NCBI GenBank assembly: GCA_000043285.1
Contig: BX248583.1
Span: 330,001-362,000, forward strand
Reading direction: 5' to 3'
DNA length: 32,000 nt
DNA from: Candidatus Blochmanniella floridana
Lineage (GTDB): Bacteria > Pseudomonadota > Gammaproteobacteria > Enterobacterales > Enterobacteriaceae
Within the stretch, counting starts at the first letter, position 1; every line of letters begins with the position of its first letter. The translations under genes were made by a program, and so were the position numbers. Under the pieces are notes generated by a model. It had not been told where the DNA came from, made no database searches, and worked only from the letters and a program-made list of their open reading frames with translations. This document shows, piece after piece, positions 8,935 through 18,080 of the stretch.

Positions 8935-9897
8935 ATGATTTTAGGAATTTTCTACGCTATAATATCTGGATTATTATGGGGTTTGATTTTTATAGGACCT
9001 TTATTAATACCAGAATATCCGGGTATATTTCAGGCTTCTGGCCGATATATAGCATTTGGATTAATTTCGTTATTATTATCATGGTATGATCGTAAACATT
9101 TATTTCAATTATTATTACAAGATTGGTTAGAGGCAATAAAACTAGTTATAGCAGGACATTTAATGTATTATACTTGTTTAGTCGGAGCTATTCAACGAAT
9201 AGGTGTACCAATTTCTACTGCTATTATTGGAACATTACCTGTAATGATTACGATAAGTTCACAATTTTTTTTATCAGATAAAAAAAATTTGTTTGGTCAT
9301 GCATTATCAAAAAAATCCGTTCTCATATCAATATTGTTAATTAGTGTAGGTTTGTTATGTATTAATATTTCTGAGTTAAGAGCAGATTGTTTTATTTATA
9401 ACATTGTTGAATATTTAGTTGGTATAGCCTTTGCAATTATTTCAGTATTATGTTGGACATGGTATGCGATGAGAAATATGTATTGGTTAAAAACTCATCC
9501 AAATAATAAACCCATCACTTGGGCTAATGCGCAAGGAATAGTAACTTTACCATTATCATTTATTACATATTTTATGATATGTATTTATTCATTCTATATA
9601 CAAAATGAATTTACTTTGCCTTTAGGTCCTAGACCTATATTTTTTATTGTTTTAATGATTATAATTGGATTTTGTTGTTCTTGGTTAGGAACTTTTTTTT
9701 GGAATGAAGCTAGTCGACGATTACCTATAACTTTAATGGGACCTTTAATTGTATTTGAGACTATAGCTGGTCTTATATATGCTTTTATATACCGAAAGTC
9801 ATGGCCATCATCTTTAATTTTAATTGGTGTGTTATTATTAATTTCTGGAGTATTATATATTGTATATACACAGAATTCTTGTCATCAACGAAATTAA
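8935..9897 (+). CDS. Inner-membrane transporter of the drug/metabolite transporter (EamA-like) superfamily; possibly YtfF-like
   Basis: 320-aa ORF made almost entirely of hydrophobic segments (about 10) in two similar halves, typical of EamA/DMT proteins. The YtfF resemblance (N-terminus ..LLWGLIFIGPLLIPEYP..) rests on memory only, so no symbol is given. This is the only gene here that is out of place relative to the E. coli backbone. Confidence 0.75.
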   Translation: MILGIFYAIISGLLWGLIFIGPLLIPEYPGIFQASGRYIAFGLISLLLSWYDRKHLFQLLLQDWLEAIKLVIAGHLMYYTCLVGAIQRIGVPISTAIIGTLPVMITISSQFFLSDKKNLFGHALSKKSVLISILLISVGLLCINISELRADCFIYNIVEYLVGIAFAIISVLCWTWYAMRNMYWLKTHPNNKPITWANAQGIVTLPLSFITYFMICIYSFYIQNEFTLPLGPRPIFFIVLMIIIGFCCSWLGTFFWNEASRRLPITLMGPLIVFETIAGLIYAFIYRKSWPSSLILIGVLLLISGVLYIVYTQNSCHQRN

Positions 9898-9973
9898 TGT
9901 TTTGTTTTTTTATAATTGTTATAATGGTTATTATTCTATAGTTATACACATAATATAGTCTACATTATATATA

Positions 9974-11089
9974 TTACGGATTTTTAGAAATAATATTACG
10001 ATGACTATACATGGACATGATACATCCAAAACCTGACATTAATACTAATAAAGAAGATCCTCCATAACTTACTAAAGGTAATGGGATTCCTACTACGGGT
10101 AATAATCCCATAACCATGCCTACATTCATACATACCGACATAAATAACATTAACATAAATCCACTTATAATTAATCGACCAAACATATGCTGCACTTTAA
10201 AAGCAATAATAAATCCTCTCAATACAATACTTAAATATAATAATAACAACATGGATACTCCAATAAATCCAAATTCTTCTCCTATTACAGAAAAAATAAA
10301 GTCAGTGTGTCGTTCTGGTAAAAATTCTAGTTGTGATTGTGTACCGTGTAACCATCCCTTCCCGGTGATACCACCTGAACCAATAGCAATTTTTGACTGA
10401 ATAATATGATATCCTGATCCTAATGGATCAGATTCTGGATTCCATAATATAGATATTCTAGTTTTTTGATATTCATGCATAAAAAAAATCCAACATATAG
10501 GAATATGTAATAGTATAATTAATATTATTACTATAATTAATTTCCAACTGATACCAGATAAAAATAATATAAATAATCCGGAACTAATAGTTAAAATTGC
10601 TGTACCTAAATCTGGTTGCAAAAAAATAAACATAGTAGGAATGATGATAAACAGCAATGATACAAAAATACGTTTTATCGATGGAGGATATTGTTCTTTA
10701 TTAAGATTATGTGTAACCATTAGTGGTACGATTAATTTAATTATTTCTGATGGTTGAAATTTCAAAAATCCAAAATCTAACCAACGTTGAGAACCTTTAC
10801 ATGAATATCCCATAATATTCACTAAAAATAGTAAAATTAAACATATATAGTACATGTAAGGCGTATATAATTCATATAGTTTAGGTGGGATACGCGCTAA
10901 CACCAACATTATCGATAATCCAATGATAATTTGGATTATTTTGTGTTGGATTAAATCATAACTTTGACCACATGCACTCCATGTTACAAAAATACTTAAT
11001 AATAATATACATAAAATTAATAAAGATAATATCAAATCAATATGTAACACATTTCTTGATATATTTTGATTAAAAATTATTTGATTCAT
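9974..11089 (-). CDS. mrdB: Peptidoglycan glycosyltransferase / rod-shape protein RodA (SEDS family)
   Basis: GSQRWLDFGFLKFQPSEI, LQPDLGTA, DPLGSGYHIIQSKIAIGSGG..GKGWLHGTQSQLEFLPERHTDFIF and PLPLVSYGGSS. Collinear with E. coli RodA (370 aa versus 371 here). Confidence 0.95.
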   Translation of the reverse strand: MNQIIFNQNISRNVLHIDLILSLLILCILLLSIFVTWSACGQSYDLIQHKIIQIIIGLSIMLVLARIPPKLYELYTPYMYYICLILLFLVNIMGYSCKGSQRWLDFGFLKFQPSEIIKLIVPLMVTHNLNKEQYPPSIKRIFVSLLFIIIPTMFIFLQPDLGTAILTISSGLFILFLSGISWKLIIVIILIILLHIPICWIFFMHEYQKTRISILWNPESDPLGSGYHIIQSKIAIGSGGITGKGWLHGTQSQLEFLPERHTDFIFSVIGEEFGFIGVSMLLLLYLSIVLRGFIIAFKVQHMFGRLIISGFMLMLFMSVCMNVGMVMGLLPVVGIPLPLVSYGGSSLLVLMSGFGCIMSMYSHRNIISKNP

Positions 11090-11106
11090 AATATGATAAT
11101 GAAATA

Positions 11107-12966
11107 TTATTGCAATAATACAAAATCTAAAATTTTTCTAGTAATTGTTCCGATTGGAATATTTCCTTCTCCATTCTCTAAGATGATTACTACAGCTATT
11201 GTGGGTTTATCATATGGAGCAAAAGCTGTCATTAATTTATGATCTTTAAGATATTTAGAAATTTTATTAGGATTATAAGTTTGATTGTTTCTTAAACTAA
11301 ATAATTGTGCTGTGCCAGATTTTACTGCCGCTTTATATTCAGTATTTGAAAAACTATTCTTTACAGTACCATTAGGTCGATTTGCTGCTCCAAACATTCC
11401 ATCTTTTGCAATTTCCCATACATTTGATTTTGGATCTCCTATTTGATTGCGTTCTATTTGAGTATATGGAATATAATATTGTTCATTTAATAAAATACTA
11501 TTTAGTAAATGAGGAACTAACACATTACCATCATTAATTAATGTAATTAAAGCTTTTGACATTTGTACTGGAGTAGCAGACCAATATCCTTGACCAATAC
11601 CTACAGATATAGTATCTCCTTGATACCATGGAGTTTTATATTTTTTTATTTTCCATTCTCGGTTGGGCATAATACCAGTTAGTTCTTCTAATAAATCAAT
11701 ACCAGTATATTTACCATATCCAAATTTGGTCATCCATTCTGATAGATTATCTATACCCATTTTATAAGCTATTTGATAAAAAAAAGTATCAGAAGATTCT
11801 TCTAAAGCTTTAGTAATATTGAGTTCTCCATGACCCCATCGTTTCCAATCTCGAAAACGTTTTTCAGATCCAGGTAGTTGCCACCAACCAGGATCAAAAA
11901 ATGAAAAATTTTTATTAATAATTCCTAAAGTTAATGCAGATACTGAAATATATGGTTTTACAGTAGATGCTGGAGGGTATACGCCTTGTGTTGCTCGATT
12001 AAGTAAAGGGCAATTATCATCTGTTAATAATAAATGATATTCTGTTCTTGAAATACCATTAACAAATAAATTAGGATCATAACTAGGATGTGAAACTAAA
12101 GCTCGAATTCCTCCATTTCTAGGATCAATAACAATGACAGATGATCGACTACCTATCAATAATTTAGTAATATATTTTTGCAAATGTAAATCTAATGTTA
12201 AAATGATACTGTTTCCAGGTATTGATTGTTTTTCATATAATTTCCGGATAATTTTTCCTCGATTATTTACTTCCACTGCACCATAACCTGGTGTACCATG
12301 TAAAATGTTTTCATAATAACGCTCAATACCTAATTTACCGATATCTTGAGTAGCTGTATATTGTTGTAATATTCCTTTTTTATTTAATTGTTTGATATCA
12401 GAGGCATTAATTTTGGAAACGTATCCTATAACATGAGTTAACACAGATCCATATGGATAATAACGATATTGATATTTTTGTATTGTTATTTCGTTATGGT
12501 CAAATTGAAATTGATTTACAGCAAATCGAGCATGTTGTTCTTCTGTTAACTTAATTTTAATAGATGATAATTGGTATCGAGAAAAACATTCATGATATTT
12601 TTTTAAGTATTGTATATCAGCGTTATTTAAGTGTAATAATGATTGTAATTTATAAATAGTTTGATTTAAATTAAGTATATGTTTGGGCATGATTTCTAAA
12701 TAATAAACAGTTCGATTTAATGCCAAAGCTATTCCGTTACGATCATAAATAATACCTCTTTTTGGAGAAATAGGTATTATTTTGATGCGGTTTTCATTAG
12801 AGCGAGTTACATACATATGAAAATGCATAATTTGTATTCGATACAATTGAATAAATAATATACTGATTATAAATATTATAACAGTACATGAAATCATTAT
12901 ACGTTTCGTAAACAATAATGATTCTGGAGAACAACTATGAAAAACTTGAAGATTATTGGATTTCAT
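11107..12966 (-). CDS. mrdA: Penicillin-binding protein 2 (elongasome transpeptidase)
   Basis: TRSNENRIKIIPISPKRGIIYDRNG, active-site STVKP, and KSGTAQ. Collinear with E. coli PBP2 and immediately upstream of mrdB, as in E. coli. Confidence 0.95.
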   Translation of the reverse strand: MKSNNLQVFHSCSPESLLFTKRIMISCTVIIFIISILFIQLYRIQIMHFHMYVTRSNENRIKIIPISPKRGIIYDRNGIALALNRTVYYLEIMPKHILNLNQTIYKLQSLLHLNNADIQYLKKYHECFSRYQLSSIKIKLTEEQHARFAVNQFQFDHNEITIQKYQYRYYPYGSVLTHVIGYVSKINASDIKQLNKKGILQQYTATQDIGKLGIERYYENILHGTPGYGAVEVNNRGKIIRKLYEKQSIPGNSIILTLDLHLQKYITKLLIGSRSSVIVIDPRNGGIRALVSHPSYDPNLFVNGISRTEYHLLLTDDNCPLLNRATQGVYPPASTVKPYISVSALTLGIINKNFSFFDPGWWQLPGSEKRFRDWKRWGHGELNITKALEESSDTFFYQIAYKMGIDNLSEWMTKFGYGKYTGIDLLEELTGIMPNREWKIKKYKTPWYQGDTISVGIGQGYWSATPVQMSKALITLINDGNVLVPHLLNSILLNEQYYIPYTQIERNQIGDPKSNVWEIAKDGMFGAANRPNGTVKNSFSNTEYKAAVKSGTAQLFSLRNNQTYNPNKISKYLKDHKLMTAFAPYDKPTIAVVIILENGEGNIPIGTITRKILDFVLLQ

Positions 12967-13060
12967 TAAAAATTATTATATGTAATAATTAAAAATCATC
13001 ATGAAAACTATATTTCTATTTTTATAAAAAATAAATTATGTAGTATATTACTTATGTATA

Positions 13061-13366
13061 TTAAGTCCACAATTTTTCTAAATCATATAGTTTTCGAGTT
13101 TCATATTTCATTATATGTATTATAATTTCTCCTAAATCTATAGAAACCCATTCTCCAAATTCTATTCCTTCTACTCTATTCCATTTTTGTTTCATACTTT
13201 TGATTTTTTTTAATATACTTTGAGCTATAGACTTTACATGATGATTAGATCTTCCGGTACAAAGAATCATAAAATCTGTAATTCTATTTTTATTATGAAT
13301 ATCAAAACATATAATGTTTTGTCCTTTTAAATCATCAAGATAATTAAGTATAAAATTCTTTAACAT
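13061..13366 (-). CDS. rsfS: Ribosomal silencing factor RsfS (YbeB)
   Basis: MLKNFILNYLDDLKGQNIICFDI..ITDFMILCTGRSNHHVKSIA..WVSIDLGEIIIHIM..TRKLYDLEKLW aligns end to end with E. coli RsfS. The ORF is open to 13438, but homology starts at the ATG at 13366 (101 aa versus 105 in E. coli). Confidence 0.88.
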   Translation of the reverse strand: MLKNFILNYLDDLKGQNIICFDIHNKNRITDFMILCTGRSNHHVKSIAQSILKKIKSMKQKWNRVEGIEFGEWVSIDLGEIIIHIMKYETRKLYDLEKLWT

Positions 13367-13502
13367 ATTAGATTTTAATTCCCATAATATATATTTAATC
13401 AAACATGCATTATTAAATTGAGTATAAAGAAAAATCAATCTAACTAATATGATTATGATGTTTATATATGTATATAAAAATTAGTTTATAAGATTTCAAA
13501 TA

Positions 13503-13531
13503 ATTATTGTTAATATAATATTAACAATAAT
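13503..13531. repeat. 29-nt perfect palindrome (14-bp arms) in the holA-rsfS spacer
   Basis: ATTATTGTTAATAT-A-ATATTAACAATAAT; every arm position was checked by hand. Confidence 0.85.
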
Positions 13532-13640
13532 ATCAATACCATTACAGGCATTATAAATTTTACTTATAAACTATTATTTTTAATAACGGTTATGTACAAT
13601 TAACTTAAAATTTTATATTTATATTCAATTTCTGATTAAA

Positions 13641-14675
13641 TTATTTATTATCATAACAATTACAACATAACATTTCTGTTAATAGTTCAAAGTTTGAACT
13701 AGATAAATATACATGATTTTTATGGTATTGTAATTCCATGAGTACTAATAATTCTAAAATTTTATTTAATTGCGTTAAATTTAATCGACGTATTACTTGA
13801 GATAACAGCATACGGCGATATTGTGTATATACGTTATATTTTTTAAATAAAGTGTATAACATTTTTCCGTGAAATATTATATTATATTTTATTTGAATTA
13901 TAACTAGCATTTCTCGTTGAATTTTATATAATAAAGTTTGCAAATTATCATTTGTATATTTTAATTGTTCTAAAATGCGATTTGCACGTTTCTTTTTACC
14001 TAATAGAATTGATTCTATCCAATGATTGACATTAAAACAGGCTGAATCAGTTATGATGTTTTTTAACCGATCAAAACTGATTTTTTTATCAGGATAAATT
14101 AAAGATAAGTGCTGTAATATTTGTTGTAATAAAATGATATTACCTTCGTAATAATAACATAATAATTGGCAAGCTAAGTTTTCTAAAGTTAAATTCATTA
14201 GTTGAGATTGTTTTTTTACCCATTTTTCTAATCTCGTATATTCAAGAGTATTGCAATTAACCAATATGCCAGTTTTATCAAATAGCTTTATCCATGTCTG
14301 ATATTGCGTCATAGGCAATGATGTATGTATCAACAAAATAAATAATAATTTGTTATATGTTAAAGTAGATATTAATGATGGTATGTTTTTATCGAAATAA
14401 GTAGAAGGATAATTTTTTGGAAACTGTAGAGATAATATTTGTTGCGTTGAAAATAAATGTGTTGTTTGACATAGTTGAAAAACTTTATCCCAGTCAAAAC
14501 AAACACTTGATCCAATACGAAAATGATCAATGGATAATGATTGTTCCTTTATTGTATTTAAGATATTTATATGACAGTCTTGTATTAAGTAAAAATCATT
14601 ACCAAATAGTATATAAATGAATTTTGTTTTTTTTTTTAATTCTAGAATTAATTGTTCTGGATATATCCAATTCAT
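13641..14675 (-). CDS. holA: DNA polymerase III subunit delta
   Basis: MNWIYPEQL...YILFGND..L and the central CYYYEGNIILLQQILQHLSLIYPD (E. coli CYCYEGNLLALAQALERLSLLWPD). 344 aa versus 343 in E. coli. Sits in the syntenic position upstream of lptE-leuS. Confidence 0.9.
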   Translation of the reverse strand: MNWIYPEQLILELKKKTKFIYILFGNDFYLIQDCHINILNTIKEQSLSIDHFRIGSSVCFDWDKVFQLCQTTHLFSTQQILSLQFPKNYPSTYFDKNIPSLISTLTYNKLLFILLIHTSLPMTQYQTWIKLFDKTGILVNCNTLEYTRLEKWVKKQSQLMNLTLENLACQLLCYYYEGNIILLQQILQHLSLIYPDKKISFDRLKNIITDSACFNVNHWIESILLGKKKRANRILEQLKYTNDNLQTLLYKIQREMLVIIQIKYNIIFHGKMLYTLFKKYNVYTQYRRMLLSQVIRRLNLTQLNKILELLVLMELQYHKNHVYLSSSNFELLTEMLCCNCYDNK

Positions 14676-14752
14676 GATTTTTATGCAAAATAATTAGTAG
14701 TATTAGTTATGAATAAATTTAATTATAATATTTTTTTAAAATTATTAATGAT

Positions 14753-15364
14753 TTATAGTCGTGTTAAAAATTGATATACTATTTTTTGAGCTGCATCACG
14801 GTACATATCTTCAAGAATTTCATTTTCCTGTACAGTATTAGATAAATTTTCTTCAGGATTTCTAATAAAAGTTCGATATACTTGTATTATCATAGGATGT
14901 TGATTATTTTTATTTGCAATACTATATGTTGCTTGTACTCTTAAATTGATTTGATATTCAGATTCTGTTCCATCTTCAAATACAGAAACAATTATATGTT
15001 TTGTGGATATACTTATAATATCTAAATGTGGAATATTTTTAATATCTAATGTAACTGGAATATGATCATTATCTTCAATAACATTTATACAATTTAAATA
15101 TAGTTCATTTTTTATAGATTTAGTTATTGAATGAAATGGATCATAGCTATGTAATGATATCGTTAATTGTTTGATGTTAGCGGTATTATCTAGTTTATTA
15201 TAAAATATATTTGGAGATAATTGATACCCACATCCTGTGATCATTAATAATATATAAGTGTTTTGAATAATGGAGAACAGTATTTTTTTATATGAAAATA
15301 TGAAAAATTCATTTAGTAATGAAATTAATGATTTTATTTGGAATATAAATAATTTTATGTACAT
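14753..15364 (-). CDS. lptE: LPS-assembly lipoprotein LptE (RlpB); start codon uncertain
   Basis: Lipobox ..LLMITGCG (Cys codon at 15230-15232). C-terminal similarity to E. coli LptE (..AEYQM/SEYQI.., VFRSFF/VYRTFI, EMYDRAAEQL/DMYRDAAQKI). Syntenic position directly after leuS. The only in-frame ATG upstream of the lipobox, other than the Met four residues before the Cys, is at 15364, which lies 56 nt inside leuS. Confidence 0.8.
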   Translation of the reverse strand: MYIKLFIFQIKSLISLLNEFFIFSYKKILFSIIQNTYILLMITGCGYQLSPNIFYNKLDNTANIKQLTISLHSYDPFHSITKSIKNELYLNCINVIEDNDHIPVTLDIKNIPHLDIISISTKHIIVSVFEDGTESEYQINLRVQATYSIANKNNQHPMIIQVYRTFIRNPEENLSNTVQENEILEDMYRDAAQKIVYQFLTRL

Positions 15365-17912
15365 ACTTTGATTCTAAATTTTTATCTTGGTAAATGGCTT
15401 GTTTTGCGATTTCATGAATTGTATTTTTGTCACTATTTATGGGTACAAATATTTTCTTTTTCTTTTTTCCATTAATTTGAACGATAATGAGTATTTCTTG
15501 AGTTTGTATTGCTTGAAGATCAGGGGTAGGCCATGTAGTATCATCAATAGTATTTGTATAACCTAATTCTTTCCATAAAATATAACTAATATGTGGAGTA
15601 AAAGGATATAATAGTTTGACAATTATGGATAATGCTTCGTGTAATACTGATCGATCTTGAGTATTATTAATTGGAAAAATATCTTGTATATCATTAAACA
15701 ATTTCATAATAGCTGCTAAAGCAGTATTAAAGGATTGTCGACGATCAATATCATCAGTAACTTTAATGATTGTTTCATGTACTTTTTGTCTAATAATTTT
15801 GTGTTTATTTTCTAATTTGTACATATTAAGTTGATGAATTAAACCATTCTGAATATGTTGATAAGTTATATTCCATAATCTTTTCAGAAAACGGAGAGCG
15901 CCTTCAATTCCAGATTCTTTCCATTCTAATGTAGAATGTGCTGGTGCAGCAAACATTATAAAAAATCGTACAGCATCTGCTCCATATTTTTGAATCATTG
16001 CATTAGGATCAATACCATTGTTTTTAGATTTAGACATTTTACATAGTCCTGCATAAATCACATTATTGCCATCAGCATCAATAGATTTAATTATATGGCC
16101 CATTTTATCTCGTGTGGATATCACTTTGTTAGGAGAGACCCAATTTTTTTGGCCATCATTTGATATATAATAAAACGAATCTGCTAATATCATCCCTTGA
16201 CATAATAATCGTATTGCTGGTTCATTTGATTGTATTAATCCTATATCCCTCATTAATTTATGATAAAAACGAAAATACATTAAATGCATAGTAGCATGTT
16301 CAATACCGCCTATATATTGATCAATTGGTAACCAATAATTAGCAGCATCGGATTGCAACATACCATCATGATAATGAGGACAAGTATAACGAGCATAATA
16401 CCAAGAAGATTCCATAAAAGTATCAAAGGTATCGGTATCGCGAATGACATCTTGATTTTTATAAGTAGTATGAGTCCAATTAAAATTTTTACTTAAGATA
16501 TTATTTTCATTGTTTTTTGTATATATTATTTCTGGAAGAATTACAGGTAATTCAGATTTTGGAACTGGTTGAATAATTCCATTTTTTAATTTAATCATTG
16601 GGATTGGCACTCCCCAATAACGTTGTCTTGATACCCCCCAGTCTTGTAAATGATAAAAAATTTTAGTTTTAGCTATTTTCAGATCAATTAATTTTTTAGA
16701 AATGTAATTAATGGCAGTATGAGATGTCAAATCATCAAAATTATCAGAATTAAATAATATTCCTGGTTCAATCATGGCTTGGTTTGTAATATTTGGTAAT
16801 TCTCCATCTGCATATTTAATAACAGGTTTGATAGGTAAATCATATTGATGTGCAAATTCCCAATCATGTTGATCATGAGCCGGACATGATGCAATTGCTC
16901 CTTGTCCATCAAATTCGAGTGGAGTTATAAAATTAGCTACCCAAATAGGCAATTTAGTAAAAGTAATAGGATGTACCGCATAAAGATTAGTAAATATACC
17001 TTTTTTCTTGTGACAAATAAATTGCTTATTATGTAATTGTATAGATATAGTATTATAAATACTGATAAAATTAGCTAAATCAGGATTAATTTTAGCTATT
17101 TGCAATGTAATAGGATGATCTACTGAAATTGTTAAATAGCTAATTCCCATAAAAGTATCTAATCTTGCTATATATACAGTAATAGTAGTAATATTACTAT
17201 TTAATATTTTAAAAATAACATTAGTACCTGTTGATTGGCCAATCCAATTCCGTTGCATAGTTTTAACTTGTTCAGGCCAATATTGTAATTGATTTAGTCC
17301 ATTTAACAATTGATCTGCATAATGAGTTATCTTAATAAACCATTGAGGGATCTTTTTATACTGTATTTTAGTATGACAACGCCAACAACCACCATTAATA
17401 ACTTGTTCATTTGCTAATACTGTATTATGGTATGGGCACCAATTAACTAAAGTAGTTTTTCTATATACCAATCCTTTTTCATATAATATAATAAAAAACC
17501 ATTGTTCCCATCGGTAATATTGCGGATCATTGGTAATTAACTCTCTCTTCCAATCATAAGCAAATCCTAATGACTTTAATTGTTGTTTCATATATTGAAT
17601 GTTGGAATATGTCCAATCTGATGGATTTTTTTTATGTATAATTGCCGCCTGTTCTGCTGGTAATCCAAAAGCATCCCATCCAATAGGTTGCAAGACATTT
17701 TTACCTAACATACGTTGATATCTAGAAATTACATCTCCGATAGTATAATTTCTAACATGTCCCATGTGTAAATTTCCAGATGGATATGGAAGCATAGATA
17801 AACAATAAAATTTTTGTTTGTTTTTATCCTCTGTAACTGAAAATGTTTGATTATCATTCCAATGTTGTTGAACAATTCGTTCAATTTGATGTGGAAAATA
17901 TAATTTTTTCAT
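15309..17912 (-). CDS. leuS: Leucine--tRNA ligase
   Basis: Contains HMGH, KMSKS, WGVSRQRYWGVPIP and ETDTFDTFMESSWYYARY. 867 aa, collinear with E. coli LeuRS. Confidence 0.97.
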   Translation of the reverse strand: MKKLYFPHQIERIVQQHWNDNQTFSVTEDKNKQKFYCLSMLPYPSGNLHMGHVRNYTIGDVISRYQRMLGKNVLQPIGWDAFGLPAEQAAIIHKKNPSDWTYSNIQYMKQQLKSLGFAYDWKRELITNDPQYYRWEQWFFIILYEKGLVYRKTTLVNWCPYHNTVLANEQVINGGCWRCHTKIQYKKIPQWFIKITHYADQLLNGLNQLQYWPEQVKTMQRNWIGQSTGTNVIFKILNSNITTITVYIARLDTFMGISYLTISVDHPITLQIAKINPDLANFISIYNTISIQLHNKQFICHKKKGIFTNLYAVHPITFTKLPIWVANFITPLEFDGQGAIASCPAHDQHDWEFAHQYDLPIKPVIKYADGELPNITNQAMIEPGILFNSDNFDDLTSHTAINYISKKLIDLKIAKTKIFYHLQDWGVSRQRYWGVPIPMIKLKNGIIQPVPKSELPVILPEIIYTKNNENNILSKNFNWTHTTYKNQDVIRDTDTFDTFMESSWYYARYTCPHYHDGMLQSDAANYWLPIDQYIGGIEHATMHLMYFRFYHKLMRDIGLIQSNEPAIRLLCQGMILADSFYYISNDGQKNWVSPNKVISTRDKMGHIIKSIDADGNNVIYAGLCKMSKSKNNGIDPNAMIQKYGADAVRFFIMFAAPAHSTLEWKESGIEGALRFLKRLWNITYQHIQNGLIHQLNMYKLENKHKIIRQKVHETIIKVTDDIDRRQSFNTALAAIMKLFNDIQDIFPINNTQDRSVLHEALSIIVKLLYPFTPHISYILWKELGYTNTIDDTTWPTPDLQAIQTQEILIIVQINGKKKKKIFVPINSDKNTIHEIAKQAIYQDKNLESKYVHKIIYIPNKIINFITK

Positions 17913-18080
17913 AGTTTTTGTAACAGTATAAGTTATATATAGAATATATTATATATATCATTAATTTGATCATTAAAACAAAAAACAATATTTTATAAGA
18001 AATTTACTGAATTTGTCCATAATCTTTTTTGTATATTACATTTTATATCAAATATATGATGAATTTTATTATATGTAAAA

